Shown here: positions 30,115 to 39,806 of the stretch, in pieces
Position numbering within the stretch: position 1 is the first letter of the stretch
How the letters are laid out: each line of letters starts with the position of its first letter
IMG/VR virus record: IMGVR_UViG_3300030118_002929
Length of the DNA stretch: 64,000 bases
Direction: 5' to 3' (one strand)
Source of the DNA: an uncultured virus (IMG/VR IMGVR_UViG_3300030118_002929)
Taxonomy: Duplodnaviria; Heunggongvirae; Uroviricota; Caudoviricetes
The notes under the pieces: model-generated
Seen by the model: the letters and a program-made list of their open reading frames with translations, nothing else
Database searches by the model: none
What the model was told of the DNA's origin: nothing
Program-made: the position numbers and the translations under genes

Positions 30115-31738
30115 TGAAAACTATTTAGGTAATCCTAATCTTAAAAAAACAAATGTAGCACAAGAATTTACTAAAGAGCAAATCGAAGAATATGTTAAAT
30201 GCTCTAAAGATCCTGTGTACTTTGTTGAAAAGTATATAAAGATAGTAAACCTTGACGAAGGGTTTGTTAACTTTAATCTATACCCATTTCAAGAAAAAAT
30301 GGTAAAGACTTTTCATAAGAATAGATTTTCTATATGTAAGATACCTAGACAATCAGGTAAATCTACTACAGTTTGCTCATATATTTTATGGTATTCGTTA
30401 TTTAACGAAAATGTTAATTGTGCCATTCTAGCAAACAAAGGTGCGTTAGCGAGAGACCTATTAGCAAAGATACATATGTCATACGAGGCATTACCTTCTT
30501 GGTTGCAACAAGGTATCAAAGTTTGGAACAAAGGTTCTATAGAATTAGAAAATGGTAGTAAAATAGTTGCCGCCGCTACATCATCAAGTGCAGTTAGAGG
30601 TGGTTCATACAACCTAGTATTTCTAGATGAGTTTGCATTCGTACCTTATCATTATGCAGAGGATTTTTTTCGTTCAGTTTATCCTACAATTACTGCAGGA
30701 CAATCTACAAAAGTTATAGTTGTTTCTACACCTAATGGTATGAACATGTTTTATAAGATGTGGGTAGATGCAGAAAACAAAAGAAACTTATATAAAGCAA
30801 TAGATGTTAGTTGGAAAGATGTACCTGGGCGTAACGCAAAGTTTAAAGAAGAAACAATAAAGAACACAAGTTTAGAACAATGGCAACAAGAATTTGAATG
30901 TGAGTTTTTAGGTTCATCTAATACATTAATTAGTCCTAACACATTAAGAGTTTTGCCTTACGAAGAACCTATATACAAAAAAGATGGTGTAGTTCAATAT
31001 AAAGAACCTCAAAAAGATAAGACCTATGTTCTAGTGGCAGATGTTGCGAGAGGTGTAGGATTAGATTATTCTGCTTTTGTAGTAGTAGATGTAACATCAA
31101 TGCCTTTTGAAATAGTTGCAGTATTTAGAGATAATCAGTTATCTCCTATGATGTTTCCTACAGTAATTAATAAGATAGGTACACTATACAATCAGGCATA
31201 TGTTCTAACAGAGATAAATGATATAGGTCAACAAGTTGTGGATATTCTAAATAATGAGATAGAATACGAAAATATACTGTCTTCTCAAATTAAAGGTAGA
31301 GCAGGACAAGTTATAGGAGGAGGGTTTGCGTCTAAGAACCAATTAGGTATTAGAACAACCGCTCAGTTAAAAAGACTAGGATGTAGTAATCTAAAGTCTT
31401 TAGTAGAAGAACAAAAATTTATTATTAGAGATTTTGATATAATTAATGAACTTTCGACTTTTGTTGCCCGAGGTCAAAGTTATGAGGCGGAAGAAGGATC
31501 ACATGATGATTTAGCGATGTGTCTAGTAATGTTTGCCTTCTTATCAAGTCAACCATATTTTAAAGAGTTGACTGATACAGATATAAGACGAAAACTATAC
31601 GATGACAAGATGAGGGCAATAGAAGATGGGTTAACACCCTTCGGCATCATAGACGATGGATCACCTAGGGTAGAACAGAGTAGTTTTGTTGATACCTCAG
31701 GAGATAGATGGTTCTATAATGATGATGAGTTAAATTAG
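30107..31738 (+). CDS. gp17: Terminase large subunit gp17
   Basis: YLGNPNLK, PRQSGKST (Walker A), FLDEFAF (Walker B), STPNG, DVARG.G.DYS, HDDLAM. Confidence 0.96.
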   Translation: MNNENYLGNPNLKKTNVAQEFTKEQIEEYVKCSKDPVYFVEKYIKIVNLDEGFVNFNLYPFQEKMVKTFHKNRFSICKIPRQSGKSTTVCSYILWYSLFNENVNCAILANKGALARDLLAKIHMSYEALPSWLQQGIKVWNKGSIELENGSKIVAAATSSSAVRGGSYNLVFLDEFAFVPYHYAEDFFRSVYPTITAGQSTKVIVVSTPNGMNMFYKMWVDAENKRNLYKAIDVSWKDVPGRNAKFKEETIKNTSLEQWQQEFECEFLGSSNTLISPNTLRVLPYEEPIYKKDGVVQYKEPQKDKTYVLVADVARGVGLDYSAFVVVDVTSMPFEIVAVFRDNQLSPMMFPTVINKIGTLYNQAYVLTEINDIGQQVVDILNNEIEYENILSSQIKGRAGQVIGGGFASKNQLGIRTTAQLKRLGCSNLKSLVEEQKFIIRDFDIINELSTFVARGQSYEAEEGSHDDLAMCLVMFAFLSSQPYFKELTDTDIRRKLYDDKMRAIEDGLTPFGIIDDGSPRVEQSSFVDTSGDRWFYNDDELN

Positions 31739-31745
31739 TGAGAAT

Positions 31746-31753
31746 TATAAATA
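31746..31753 (+). promoter_or_regulatory. T4-type late promoter
   Basis: Intergenic TATAAATA before gp18. Confidence 0.85.
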
Positions 31754-31793
31754 TTCTTACAAAATAGAAGAATAGTTAAACGGGAGTAATAAC

Positions 31794-33701
31794 ATGGCAT
31801 TTCAACTTTCACCAGGAGTTTTAGTCCAAGAACAAGACCTAACTCACATAGTGCCAGCAGTTGCAACTACACCAGGTGGGTTTGCCGGTGTATTTAATTG
31901 GGGTCCAGTTGATGAAATTATTAATATAAGTTCTCAAAACGAACTAGTAGAAACTTTTCAAAAACCAGACGACAATACATTTTCATCATTTTTTACTGCG
32001 GCGAACTTTTTAGACTATGGTTCAAACCTACAAGTAGTTAGAGTTGCAACAGGAAACTTAAACTCTTCAGCATCAGGAAGTGGTATTCTAGTTAAAAATA
32101 CTACAGACTGGACTACAAAGACTAGTGCATTAAGTAGTGGTAATCATTTCTATATCGGAAGATATCCAGGTACATTAGGAAACTCAATCAGAGTATCACA
32201 ATGTCAAAATGCGGCGGCATTTTCAACATCTAATGTAACTACTACAACGCAAAATAATTCAGCAGGAGCAACTTCAGTTGTTGTTGTCGCTGGAAATACT
32301 CTTGCGATTGGAGATTTAATCACATTTGCTGGTCATACAACAAAATACGAAATAACAAATATAGCAACAAATACCTTAACAATTAGAGAAAAAGGGAAAA
32401 CAACTGGACTAACAGTAGCAGTTGACGGATCCTCTACACCTGTTCAGGTATCTAGAGAGTGGTACTATGCAGACCAATTTGATGCGGCACCAGGCACTTC
32501 AGCACAAGCAACTGCAAGAAGTGGTTCAGGTGATGAAATTCATCTTATCGTAGTTGACGAAGATGGATTGTGGACTGGAACTGCAGGAACAATTCTAGAA
32601 AAATATTCAAATCTATCAGTTGCCTCAGATGCAAAATCATCTAATGGTTCAGTAAACTTCTATAAAGAAGTTGTTTACGCACAATCAGAATACATCTTTT
32701 GGGGAAAACATCATACTTCACTAGATGCAGATGTAGGGGCAGCGGCAGGAACTTTAGGAAACGCATTCTCTCACGCAACGAACTTACCTATGTATAGTTC
32801 ACTTGCTGGAGGAACAGACGATAACGCACCAACAGATGGTGAATTGCAAACAGGATTTGCAAAATTTGCCAACGATGAAGCAGTAGATGTATCATTGATA
32901 CCTACAGGTGCCGTATCTGCAACAGTATCTAAATATGTTGTTGAGAATGTTGCTGAAGTAAGAAAAGACTGTATGGTATTCATATCACCAGAACTTGCTG
33001 ATGCTCAATCATCAACACCTGCAACTGATATTAAAGATTTTAGAACTACGCAAAATATCAATTCATCTTTTGCAGTTATGGATAGTGGTTACAAATATCA
33101 GTTTGACAGATACAATGATGTCTTCAGATATGTACCGCTAAACGGTGATGTAGCAGGATGTCTAGTAAGAACTGATTTAGTCGCTGATCCTTTCTTCAGT
33201 CCAGCAGGATTTAACAGAGGTCAGATTAAAAATGCAGTTAAACTAGCATATAGTCCAGACAAAGCAGACAGAGATACATTGTATAAAAATGCAATTAACC
33301 CAGTTGTATCATTCCCAGGGCAAGGCACAGTTCTCTTCGGAGACAAAACTATGCTTTCTGCACCTAGTGCCTTTGATAGAATTAATGTAAGAAGACTTTT
33401 CATTATTCTAGAAAAAGCAATAGCAACTGCGGCGAAGTTTCAACTGTTTGAATTTAACGATACATTCACTAGAGCAAACTTTAGAAATCTAGTAGAACCT
33501 TTCCTTAGAGATATCCAAGGAAGACGAGGTTTAACAGACTTTAAAGTAGTGTGTGATACAACTAATAATACTGCGGCAGTTATTGATGCAAATGAATTTA
33601 GAGCAGACATTTTTGTGAAACCTGCAAGGTCAATCAACTTTATCACTCTAAAATTTGTAGCAACAAGAACTGGAATTAGTTTCGAAGAGACTGGCGTATA
33701 A
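31794..33701 (+). CDS. gp18: Tail sheath protein gp18
   Basis: SPGVLVQE.DLT, F.WGP, SPAGFNRGQI, FDRINVRRLF, KPARSINFI.L.FVA.R.G..F.E. Confidence 0.96.
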   Translation: MAFQLSPGVLVQEQDLTHIVPAVATTPGGFAGVFNWGPVDEIINISSQNELVETFQKPDDNTFSSFFTAANFLDYGSNLQVVRVATGNLNSSASGSGILVKNTTDWTTKTSALSSGNHFYIGRYPGTLGNSIRVSQCQNAAAFSTSNVTTTTQNNSAGATSVVVVAGNTLAIGDLITFAGHTTKYEITNIATNTLTIREKGKTTGLTVAVDGSSTPVQVSREWYYADQFDAAPGTSAQATARSGSGDEIHLIVVDEDGLWTGTAGTILEKYSNLSVASDAKSSNGSVNFYKEVVYAQSEYIFWGKHHTSLDADVGAAAGTLGNAFSHATNLPMYSSLAGGTDDNAPTDGELQTGFAKFANDEAVDVSLIPTGAVSATVSKYVVENVAEVRKDCMVFISPELADAQSSTPATDIKDFRTTQNINSSFAVMDSGYKYQFDRYNDVFRYVPLNGDVAGCLVRTDLVADPFFSPAGFNRGQIKNAVKLAYSPDKADRDTLYKNAINPVVSFPGQGTVLFGDKTMLSAPSAFDRINVRRLFIILEKAIATAAKFQLFEFNDTFTRANFRNLVEPFLRDIQGRRGLTDFKVVCDTTNNTAAVIDANEFRADIFVKPARSINFITLKFVATRTGISFEETGV

Positions 33702-33703
33702 CA

Positions 33704-33711
33704 GATAAATA
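33704..33711 (+). promoter_or_regulatory. Late promoter variant GATAAATA
   Basis: Upstream of SD AGGAG of gp19. Confidence 0.6.
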
Positions 33712-33732
33712 TAAGTAATAGGAGTTAAACAA

Positions 33733-34302
33733 ATGGCAACAATCTCAGATTTTAAATCTAGAATGATTGGAGGGGGTAGCAGAGCAAATCAGTTCAAAGT
33801 TACTCTAACTTTTCCTTCTTATGTTTCAGGTGCAGTCTCAGGTAGTGCTGGTAGAGATAGTGAGTTTTTATGTAAAGGTGCTGAACTTCCTGGTTCAACT
33901 ATCGGTAACACACCAGTTAACTACAGAGGTCGTATCGTAAACTTCGGAGGAGAAAGAACCTTCAGTCCTTGGACAGTAACAATTTACAACGATACATCTT
34001 TTGCTATCAGAGATGCTTTAGAAATATGGCAGAATGGTATCAACAATGTAGAAACTAATAGAGGTAGAGTATTTCCTGCAGAATATCTAGTAGACCTACA
34101 AGTTGACCAACTTGATAGAAATGATTCCATCATTAAGTCTTACATAATTAAGGATTCGTATCCGACTAACATCGGACCGATTGCTCTTGATTTTGGAACT
34201 AATGATGCAGTTGCAGAATTTACTTGTGAATTTACATATCAGTATTTTGAAAGTACAGGTGGAAGTCTTGGTGGTACTACAACTACCGATACTACTGTCT
34301 AA
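33733..34302 (+). CDS. gp19: Tail tube protein gp19
   Basis: GG.R.NQF.V, FLCK.A.LPGS, GERTF.PWT.TI.ND. Confidence 0.94.
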   Translation: MATISDFKSRMIGGGSRANQFKVTLTFPSYVSGAVSGSAGRDSEFLCKGAELPGSTIGNTPVNYRGRIVNFGGERTFSPWTVTIYNDTSFAIRDALEIWQNGINNVETNRGRVFPAEYLVDLQVDQLDRNDSIIKSYIIKDSYPTNIGPIALDFGTNDAVAEFTCEFTYQYFESTGGSLGGTTTTDTTV

Positions 34303-34349
34303 TTTACTTTTCATTTTTCTGATATATTAATGTTAAGAGTGGAGAAAAC

Positions 34350-35885
34350 ATGGCATTCAAATTATTCGGTTTCACGATAAGAGGAAATGAAGAAGAGAAG
34401 AGTTTAAGTAAGCAGGACATAATTCTTCCTTCACCGGACGATGGTCAATCGACTATAGGTGGAGGAGGTGCTTACGGCACTTATCTTAATCAAGACTATT
34501 CAGCAAAAAACGAACACGATTTAATTAAACGATATCGTGAGATAGCACTATTTCCTGAGTGTGAATCCGCTATTGATGATATTATTAATGAAGCAATTAT
34601 TTCAGATAGTGAAGAAGGTGCTCCTATTAATATCATAACTGATAATATTCAGTTTTCAGATAAAATCAAAAAACAGATACAAGAAGAATTTAAATTTATC
34701 ATGGGTCTTTTAGACTTTAATAAAAGGTCTCATGAACTATTTAAAAGATGGTATGTTGACGGCAGAATTTATTTTCATAAAGTCGTTGATACATCTAATC
34801 AAAAAGAGGGAATACAAAAACTTAGATTGATTGATCCTAGAAGTATCAAGTTTGTTAGAGAAGTTAAGAAAAGCAAACCTGATGGTGAAATAGGAACACA
34901 AACTATAACAGGAATCAAAGAATATTTTCTATATTCTGAAGGCAAACAAATAGGTAATAATATATCTATCAAGGCGGCGAATGCAATCGCATTAACAAAA
35001 GATAGTGTATGTTATGTGCCTAGTGGTATAGTCAATGCTAACAATAATATTGTATTAGGATATTTACACAAAGCAATCAAACCTGTCAATCAGTTAAGAA
35101 TGATGGAAGATGCTTTAGTAGTTTATCGTATCGCAAGAGCACCTGAAAGAAGAATATTCTATGTAGATGTAGGTAACTTACCTAAATTAAAAGCAGAGCA
35201 ATATCTTAATGATATAATGGTTAAGTTTAAAAATAAACTTGTCTATGATGGTGATACAGGTGAAGTAAAAGACGATAGAAAATTCATGAACATGCTAGAA
35301 GACTTTTGGATGCCACGAAGAGAAGGCGGCAGAGGTACTGAGATTACTACACTAGGGGGAGGTCAGAACCTAGGTGAAATCGAAGATGTAGAATATTTTA
35401 AAAAGAAAATGTTCTTAGCATTAAATGTGCCACAGTCTAGAATGCAACCTGAAAGTGGTTTTCAACTAGGTAGAGCAACAGAGATTAATAGAGATGAACT
35501 TAAATTTACTAAGTTTGTTCAAAGACTAAGAAAAAGATTTGCTGAGTTATTTCATGACTTACTCAAAACACAATTAATACTAAAAGGTATTGTGTCTGAA
35601 GATGATTGGGAAACTATCAAGCAAGATATTAGATATGACTTTGTAAAAGATAATCAGTTTACTGAACTTAAAAATCAAGAGATATTAAGAGAAAGAATAG
35701 GATTATTGAGAGATACACTAGAGTTTGTAAACGGTGAACAACCTAAATTCTACTCTCAAACATGGGTAAGAAAGAATATCTTAAAACTTACCGATGACGA
35801 AATAGAAGTCATAAATAATCAAATAAAGCAAGAGATTGAACTAGAACAACCACCAGAAGGTGAAGAAGGCGAGGAGCAATTCTAA
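34350..35885 (+). CDS. gp20: Portal protein gp20
   Basis: QLRMMEDALVVYRIARAPERRIFYVDVGNLP, EDFWMPRREGGRGTEITTL. Confidence 0.97.
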   Translation: MAFKLFGFTIRGNEEEKSLSKQDIILPSPDDGQSTIGGGGAYGTYLNQDYSAKNEHDLIKRYREIALFPECESAIDDIINEAIISDSEEGAPINIITDNIQFSDKIKKQIQEEFKFIMGLLDFNKRSHELFKRWYVDGRIYFHKVVDTSNQKEGIQKLRLIDPRSIKFVREVKKSKPDGEIGTQTITGIKEYFLYSEGKQIGNNISIKAANAIALTKDSVCYVPSGIVNANNNIVLGYLHKAIKPVNQLRMMEDALVVYRIARAPERRIFYVDVGNLPKLKAEQYLNDIMVKFKNKLVYDGDTGEVKDDRKFMNMLEDFWMPRREGGRGTEITTLGGGQNLGEIEDVEYFKKKMFLALNVPQSRMQPESGFQLGRATEINRDELKFTKFVQRLRKRFAELFHDLLKTQLILKGIVSEDDWETIKQDIRYDFVKDNQFTELKNQEILRERIGLLRDTLEFVNGEQPKFYSQTWVRKNILKLTDDEIEVINNQIKQEIELEQPPEGEEGEEQF

Positions 35886-36058
35886 TGAGTGAAGAGAATA
35901 TCAAAGATTTTATAAACGATGTATCAGACGGAGAGTTAAGTGCCGCTAATGATAAATTCGAAAAAATCATGAACAGTAAAGTAGCAGATGCTTTAGAACA
36001 ACAAAAAGAAAAAGTATCTAAAAATTTATTTAAAGATAAAGAAGAAACAGAGGAATAA
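35885..36058 (+). CDS. Prohead core protein, gp67-like (57 aa)
   Basis: TAATG overlap with gp20. SD GAGGAG. Acidic helical MSEENIKDFIND..A.D.F..IM..KV.DAL. Occupies the gp67 position. Confidence 0.75.
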   Translation: MSEENIKDFINDVSDGELSAANDKFEKIMNSKVADALEQQKEKVSKNLFKDKEETEE

Positions 36059-37327
36059 ATGTCAATTACACTTTCACAGGTCAAAAAAACTATTGAACTT
36101 TATGAAAAGGTCAAAATCGGACCTGGCGAAAAAGTAGTTAAGACAGATAAAGTCGGTCGTAAGAAAAATATCGAAATGACTTTAACTAAAAAGGGAAGAC
36201 AATTTTTTATTTACTTTGATGGCGAAAAATATGCTAGACCAGTAAATAAAGAAAAAGATGCAGAAAAACTTGTAAAAGATTATCTTAAATTAGTAGGAGA
36301 AGAAGTTGCTAATGTATTTGATATCTTAGAAGTACGAGGTAAAGCAGGATCAGACGATGGTGATGAAGATGCAGATAAAAACATCATCATGCAACTATAC
36401 AAAGTAATATCTCTCAGAGGTATGAAACCTGTAGAGTTTGACGATGGTAAAAAAGTAAAAATTAAACCTCAAGATGCAAAAAGAATTTTAGACTATTATG
36501 GTAGACTAAGAAAACCATCAGACAAATTAAATTTACAAAAACTTATTACTCGTAGCAAAAAAGATTTTGATAAAGGTCTTAAAGCAGTAATGGGAGAAGA
36601 AGTAGAGATATGGGAACAAGCAGTAGAAGTTGCTGAAGATGTTCAAGACATATTTGTAAAACAAGGTGATGTAAATAAGATTGCAAGTCAGATAGCAAGA
36701 AGTGCCAAAGGTTTAGGATTAAAATCTGCCTTGATGGGTAATCAAGTTAGAGTAAAAGGACCTAAAGGAAAAGTAAATGACTTTTTAAGAGCAGTTATTG
36801 GTAAGTCTTCAATGGGTAACGCAACACAAGTTGGAAAAAGCACACCTCAAATAGATAAGATGCTAAACAAACAACTTAAAGCACAATACGATATTACAGA
36901 ATTTAAAAAAATGAAAGTTACCATTAGAGATATGGACAATAGAAAAAAAGCAATCTCTGATTTGAAAAAACAAAGATTAAATGTAGCAGTTTCAGGTGGG
37001 GTAATTAAAGTAGATGGTAGAGGTAAAGATTTAAATAATATTGCTAAAGACTTAATGAATTTTTATGGTGCTAATGTAGTTGCCGAAGAAGTTGAACTTG
37101 ATGAAAAACAAGAGCAAGGATTCTTAGTTAAAATTCCAGGCATTGGGGAGTTGATAATAAAAGCAAAGAATAAAGCAGAAATTCGAAAGATGCTAATTAA
37201 GAAGTTTAAAAAGATAGATGATTTCGAAATCAATCCCAAAAGAATGCTTGAACCACAAATAAAAATGTGGCATCGTAAGAAAGGTGGTATGGCACCTGAA
37301 GATGAAGAAGACAATAATGAAGAATAA
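36059..37327 (+). CDS. Putative internal head (core) polyprotein of basic modules
   Basis: Occupies the gp68 position. Lys-rich, Glu-poor blocks separated by Glu-rich linkers (GEEV, AEEV) carrying L/I/V-x-E sites. Confidence 0.55.
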   Translation: MSITLSQVKKTIELYEKVKIGPGEKVVKTDKVGRKKNIEMTLTKKGRQFFIYFDGEKYARPVNKEKDAEKLVKDYLKLVGEEVANVFDILEVRGKAGSDDGDEDADKNIIMQLYKVISLRGMKPVEFDDGKKVKIKPQDAKRILDYYGRLRKPSDKLNLQKLITRSKKDFDKGLKAVMGEEVEIWEQAVEVAEDVQDIFVKQGDVNKIASQIARSAKGLGLKSALMGNQVRVKGPKGKVNDFLRAVIGKSSMGNATQVGKSTPQIDKMLNKQLKAQYDITEFKKMKVTIRDMDNRKKAISDLKKQRLNVAVSGGVIKVDGRGKDLNNIAKDLMNFYGANVVAEEVELDEKQEQGFLVKIPGIGELIIKAKNKAEIRKMLIKKFKKIDDFEINPKRMLEPQIKMWHRKKGGMAPEDEEDNNEE

Positions 37328-37340
37328 AAGTGAATTTTTT

Positions 37341-37348
37341 TATAAATA
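37341..37348 (+). promoter_or_regulatory. T4-type late promoter
   Basis: Intergenic TATAAATA. Confidence 0.85.
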
Positions 37349-37376
37349 ATAGTAGTAAAAGATAAAAGGATAAAAG

Positions 37377-37736
37377 ATGGCAATAGGACAACGATTTCTG
37401 AAGGTTACCAAAACAACCAATGTGGTTAGTGTAACTGGAGGTGCTGGGAATACGACTATTGATATAGACGGAGCAAATTTCAGAGCGCCTAGTCAAACTG
37501 CATCATCACCTACTGTAGGAATTAAAGAAATCTTTTGGTCAGGAGATGTAACAGTAGAGAGTGCCACTACAGGTACTATCAGATTTGATAGTGGTAATGT
37601 AGGCACATCTGGTCACTTTATACTGCCTGCTTTAGAAAACTCTGATAGCGATGAAGATATCAAAGTTACTGTAGGCACAGGAAGTGGCACTTGTATTTTA
37701 GTGTTAAAGAAACTAACAGGATATGCAGGTATCTAA
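37377..37736 (+). CDS. Hypothetical protein, paralog of 28994..29380
   Basis: MAI...T.T..VSVTG...IDID...P.V.I...LKKLTGY. Confidence 0.7.
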   Translation: MAIGQRFLKVTKTTNVVSVTGGAGNTTIDIDGANFRAPSQTASSPTVGIKEIFWSGDVTVESATTGTIRFDSGNVGTSGHFILPALENSDSDEDIKVTVGTGSGTCILVLKKLTGYAGI

Positions 37737-38383
37737 TGAAACTAATAAGAGAAGAAATTAACGATGTAAACTTTCTCAGAGAAGAGAAAGACGGGAAGAA
37801 AGACTACTTCATAGAAGGCGTTTTTATGCAGTCTAATGTGAAGAATAAAAATGGTCGTATCTATCCTAAAAATGTAATCGAAAGAGAAGTCTCTAGGTAC
37901 AATAAAGAGTTTGTATCTAAGAACAGGGCGTTTGGTGAGTTGGGACATCCAGATGGACCAACAGTCAATCTTGAAAGAGTATCACACATGATTAAAGACC
38001 TTTCTATGGAAGGTGATAATGTCATGGGTAAAGCAAAGATAATGGATACTCCTTATGGTAAGATTGTGAAAAACTTGATGGACGAAGGCGCTACTTTGGG
38101 GGTAAGTTCTAGAGGAATGGGATCTCTTAAACCTAAGAAAGAGGCACAAGAGGTTCAAAATGATTTCTATTTAGCGACTGCCGCCGATATAGTTGCGGAC
38201 CCATCTGCTCCAGAGGCGTTTGTAAATGGCGTCATGGAAGGTAAAGAGTGGGTTTGGGATAACGGAATCGTAAGAGAAGAAGTTGTCTCAAATTATAAAA
38301 AACAACTTACTGAAACTAAACTTTCAGACTTAGAAGAAAAGAAACTAGCAGTATTTGATAGTTTCATTAAAAGTCTGAAATAA
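37736..38383 (+). CDS. gp21: Prohead protease gp21
   Basis: MKLIRE, N.NGRIYP, GELGHP, LGVSSRGMGSL, D.VADPSAP.AFV. ATG 37736 via TAATG overlap. Confidence 0.95.
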   Translation: MKLIREEINDVNFLREEKDGKKDYFIEGVFMQSNVKNKNGRIYPKNVIEREVSRYNKEFVSKNRAFGELGHPDGPTVNLERVSHMIKDLSMEGDNVMGKAKIMDTPYGKIVKNLMDEGATLGVSSRGMGSLKPKKEAQEVQNDFYLATAADIVADPSAPEAFVNGVMEGKEWVWDNGIVREEVVSNYKKQLTETKLSDLEEKKLAVFDSFIKSLK

Positions 38384-38391
38384 CATAAATA
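38384..38391 (+). promoter_or_regulatory. Late promoter variant CATAAATA
   Basis: Intergenic, before gp22. Confidence 0.6.
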
Positions 38392-38424
38392 TAATTACTA
38401 ATTAAATATAGGGAGTAACATCAA

Positions 38425-39762
38425 ATGTCAGTAGAAGAAAAAATCAGAGAACTTTTAGAGGCAACTGCTCCTGGTAAATCTGGTGTAAAAGCAGAACCTA
38501 TGCCAAAAATCGCTAAGAATAAAGAAGATGGCGATATGGAAGACACAGGTCCAGCAGTAACAGATCCAGAACAAGCAAAAGGACCAGACGCATCTAAAAA
38601 AGTTAAAAAAGCGGCAGTACCTGGTGGGGAAGCAAACAAAGGCGAACCATCAATCAAACCTGGCGCAACTAAAGTAAAAGCAGAAGAAGTTGAAGAAGAC
38701 GAAGACAAAGATGAAATCGTTGAAACTGCTAAAGATGATGAAGAAATGAAAGAAAAGAAAAAGAAACTTGCGGCGATGAAACATGATGATGAAGAAATGA
38801 AAGAAGAAGATGATGAAGTTTCTGATGAAAAAGAAGATGACAAAGAAGACGATGATGCTAAAGAAGAAGACATGGATGACGAAATGAAAGAAACCATGAA
38901 GAAAACTAAGCAAGACATCGTTGCTATGTACGGCAAGAAGTTAATGTCTATGAATAAAAAAGACTTAGCGGCATCTTATCATAACATGGCATCTGGCAAA
39001 ATGCCTATGAATGCTATGAAACACAATAAAGAAGATGTTGATATGTCTGCAGATGTAGATGCATTAACTGAAGGCGAAAATCTTTCAGATGAGTATAAAG
39101 CAAAAGCAAAAACGATTTTTGAAAGTGCAGTTAACTCAAAACTAGCAGAAAAAGTTGTAGAGTTAGAAGAGCATTACGACAATCAACTTGCAGAGCAAAC
39201 TGAAAAAGTTAAAGAAGACTTGGTAGAAAAAGTTGACGATTATCTTTCTTACATTGTTGAGCAATGGACTAAAGAAAACGAACTTGCTATCGAAAAAGGT
39301 CTTAAAACAGAAATCACAGAAGACTTTATTGTATCTTTGAAGAAAGTATTCGAAGAGCATTATGTTGATGTACCAGAAGATAAGTACGATGTTCTAACTT
39401 CTCAGCAAGAAAAAATTGCTGAATTAGAAGGTAAACTTAATGAAGAAATTGAAAAGAATGTCAACACTTCTAAAGAAATCAACGAGCAAAAGAAGTCAGA
39501 TATGATTAAAGAGCATGGAAGTGATTTAGCAGAAACACAAAAAGAAAAGTTTCAATCACTTGCAGAAGGAATTCAATATGAGAATGATGATAAGTTTGCG
39601 GAAGAACTAAAGACTATAAAAGAGTCCTACTTCCCAAAGGTTGCCAAACCAATCGAAGACGCCGAAGTTGCTGAGGAAAACGAAGAGAAATCTGAAGTCA
39701 ACTTATCGGGTGATATGAAAGCATATGCATCTTTCATTTCCAAAAGCACTAAGGCAAACTAA
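38425..39762 (+). CDS. gp22: Prohead scaffold protein gp22
   Basis: LS.EYK.KAKTIFE.AV, VD.YL.Y..EQW..ENELAIE.GL..EI.E.F, YVDVP, IKESYF. Confidence 0.92.
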   Translation: MSVEEKIRELLEATAPGKSGVKAEPMPKIAKNKEDGDMEDTGPAVTDPEQAKGPDASKKVKKAAVPGGEANKGEPSIKPGATKVKAEEVEEDEDKDEIVETAKDDEEMKEKKKKLAAMKHDDEEMKEEDDEVSDEKEDDKEDDDAKEEDMDDEMKETMKKTKQDIVAMYGKKLMSMNKKDLAASYHNMASGKMPMNAMKHNKEDVDMSADVDALTEGENLSDEYKAKAKTIFESAVNSKLAEKVVELEEHYDNQLAEQTEKVKEDLVEKVDDYLSYIVEQWTKENELAIEKGLKTEITEDFIVSLKKVFEEHYVDVPEDKYDVLTSQQEKIAELEGKLNEEIEKNVNTSKEINEQKKSDMIKEHGSDLAETQKEKFQSLAEGIQYENDDKFAEELKTIKESYFPKVAKPIEDAEVAEENEEKSEVNLSGDMKAYASFISKSTKAN

Positions 39763-39765
39763 TAT

Positions 39766-39773
39766 TATAAATA
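39766..39773 (+). promoter_or_regulatory. T4-type late promoter
   Basis: TATAAATA before gp23. SD GAGGAG. Confidence 0.85.
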
Positions 39774-39806
39774 TAAGAAGTAAAAATAAAAACGAGGAGA
39801 ACTAAG

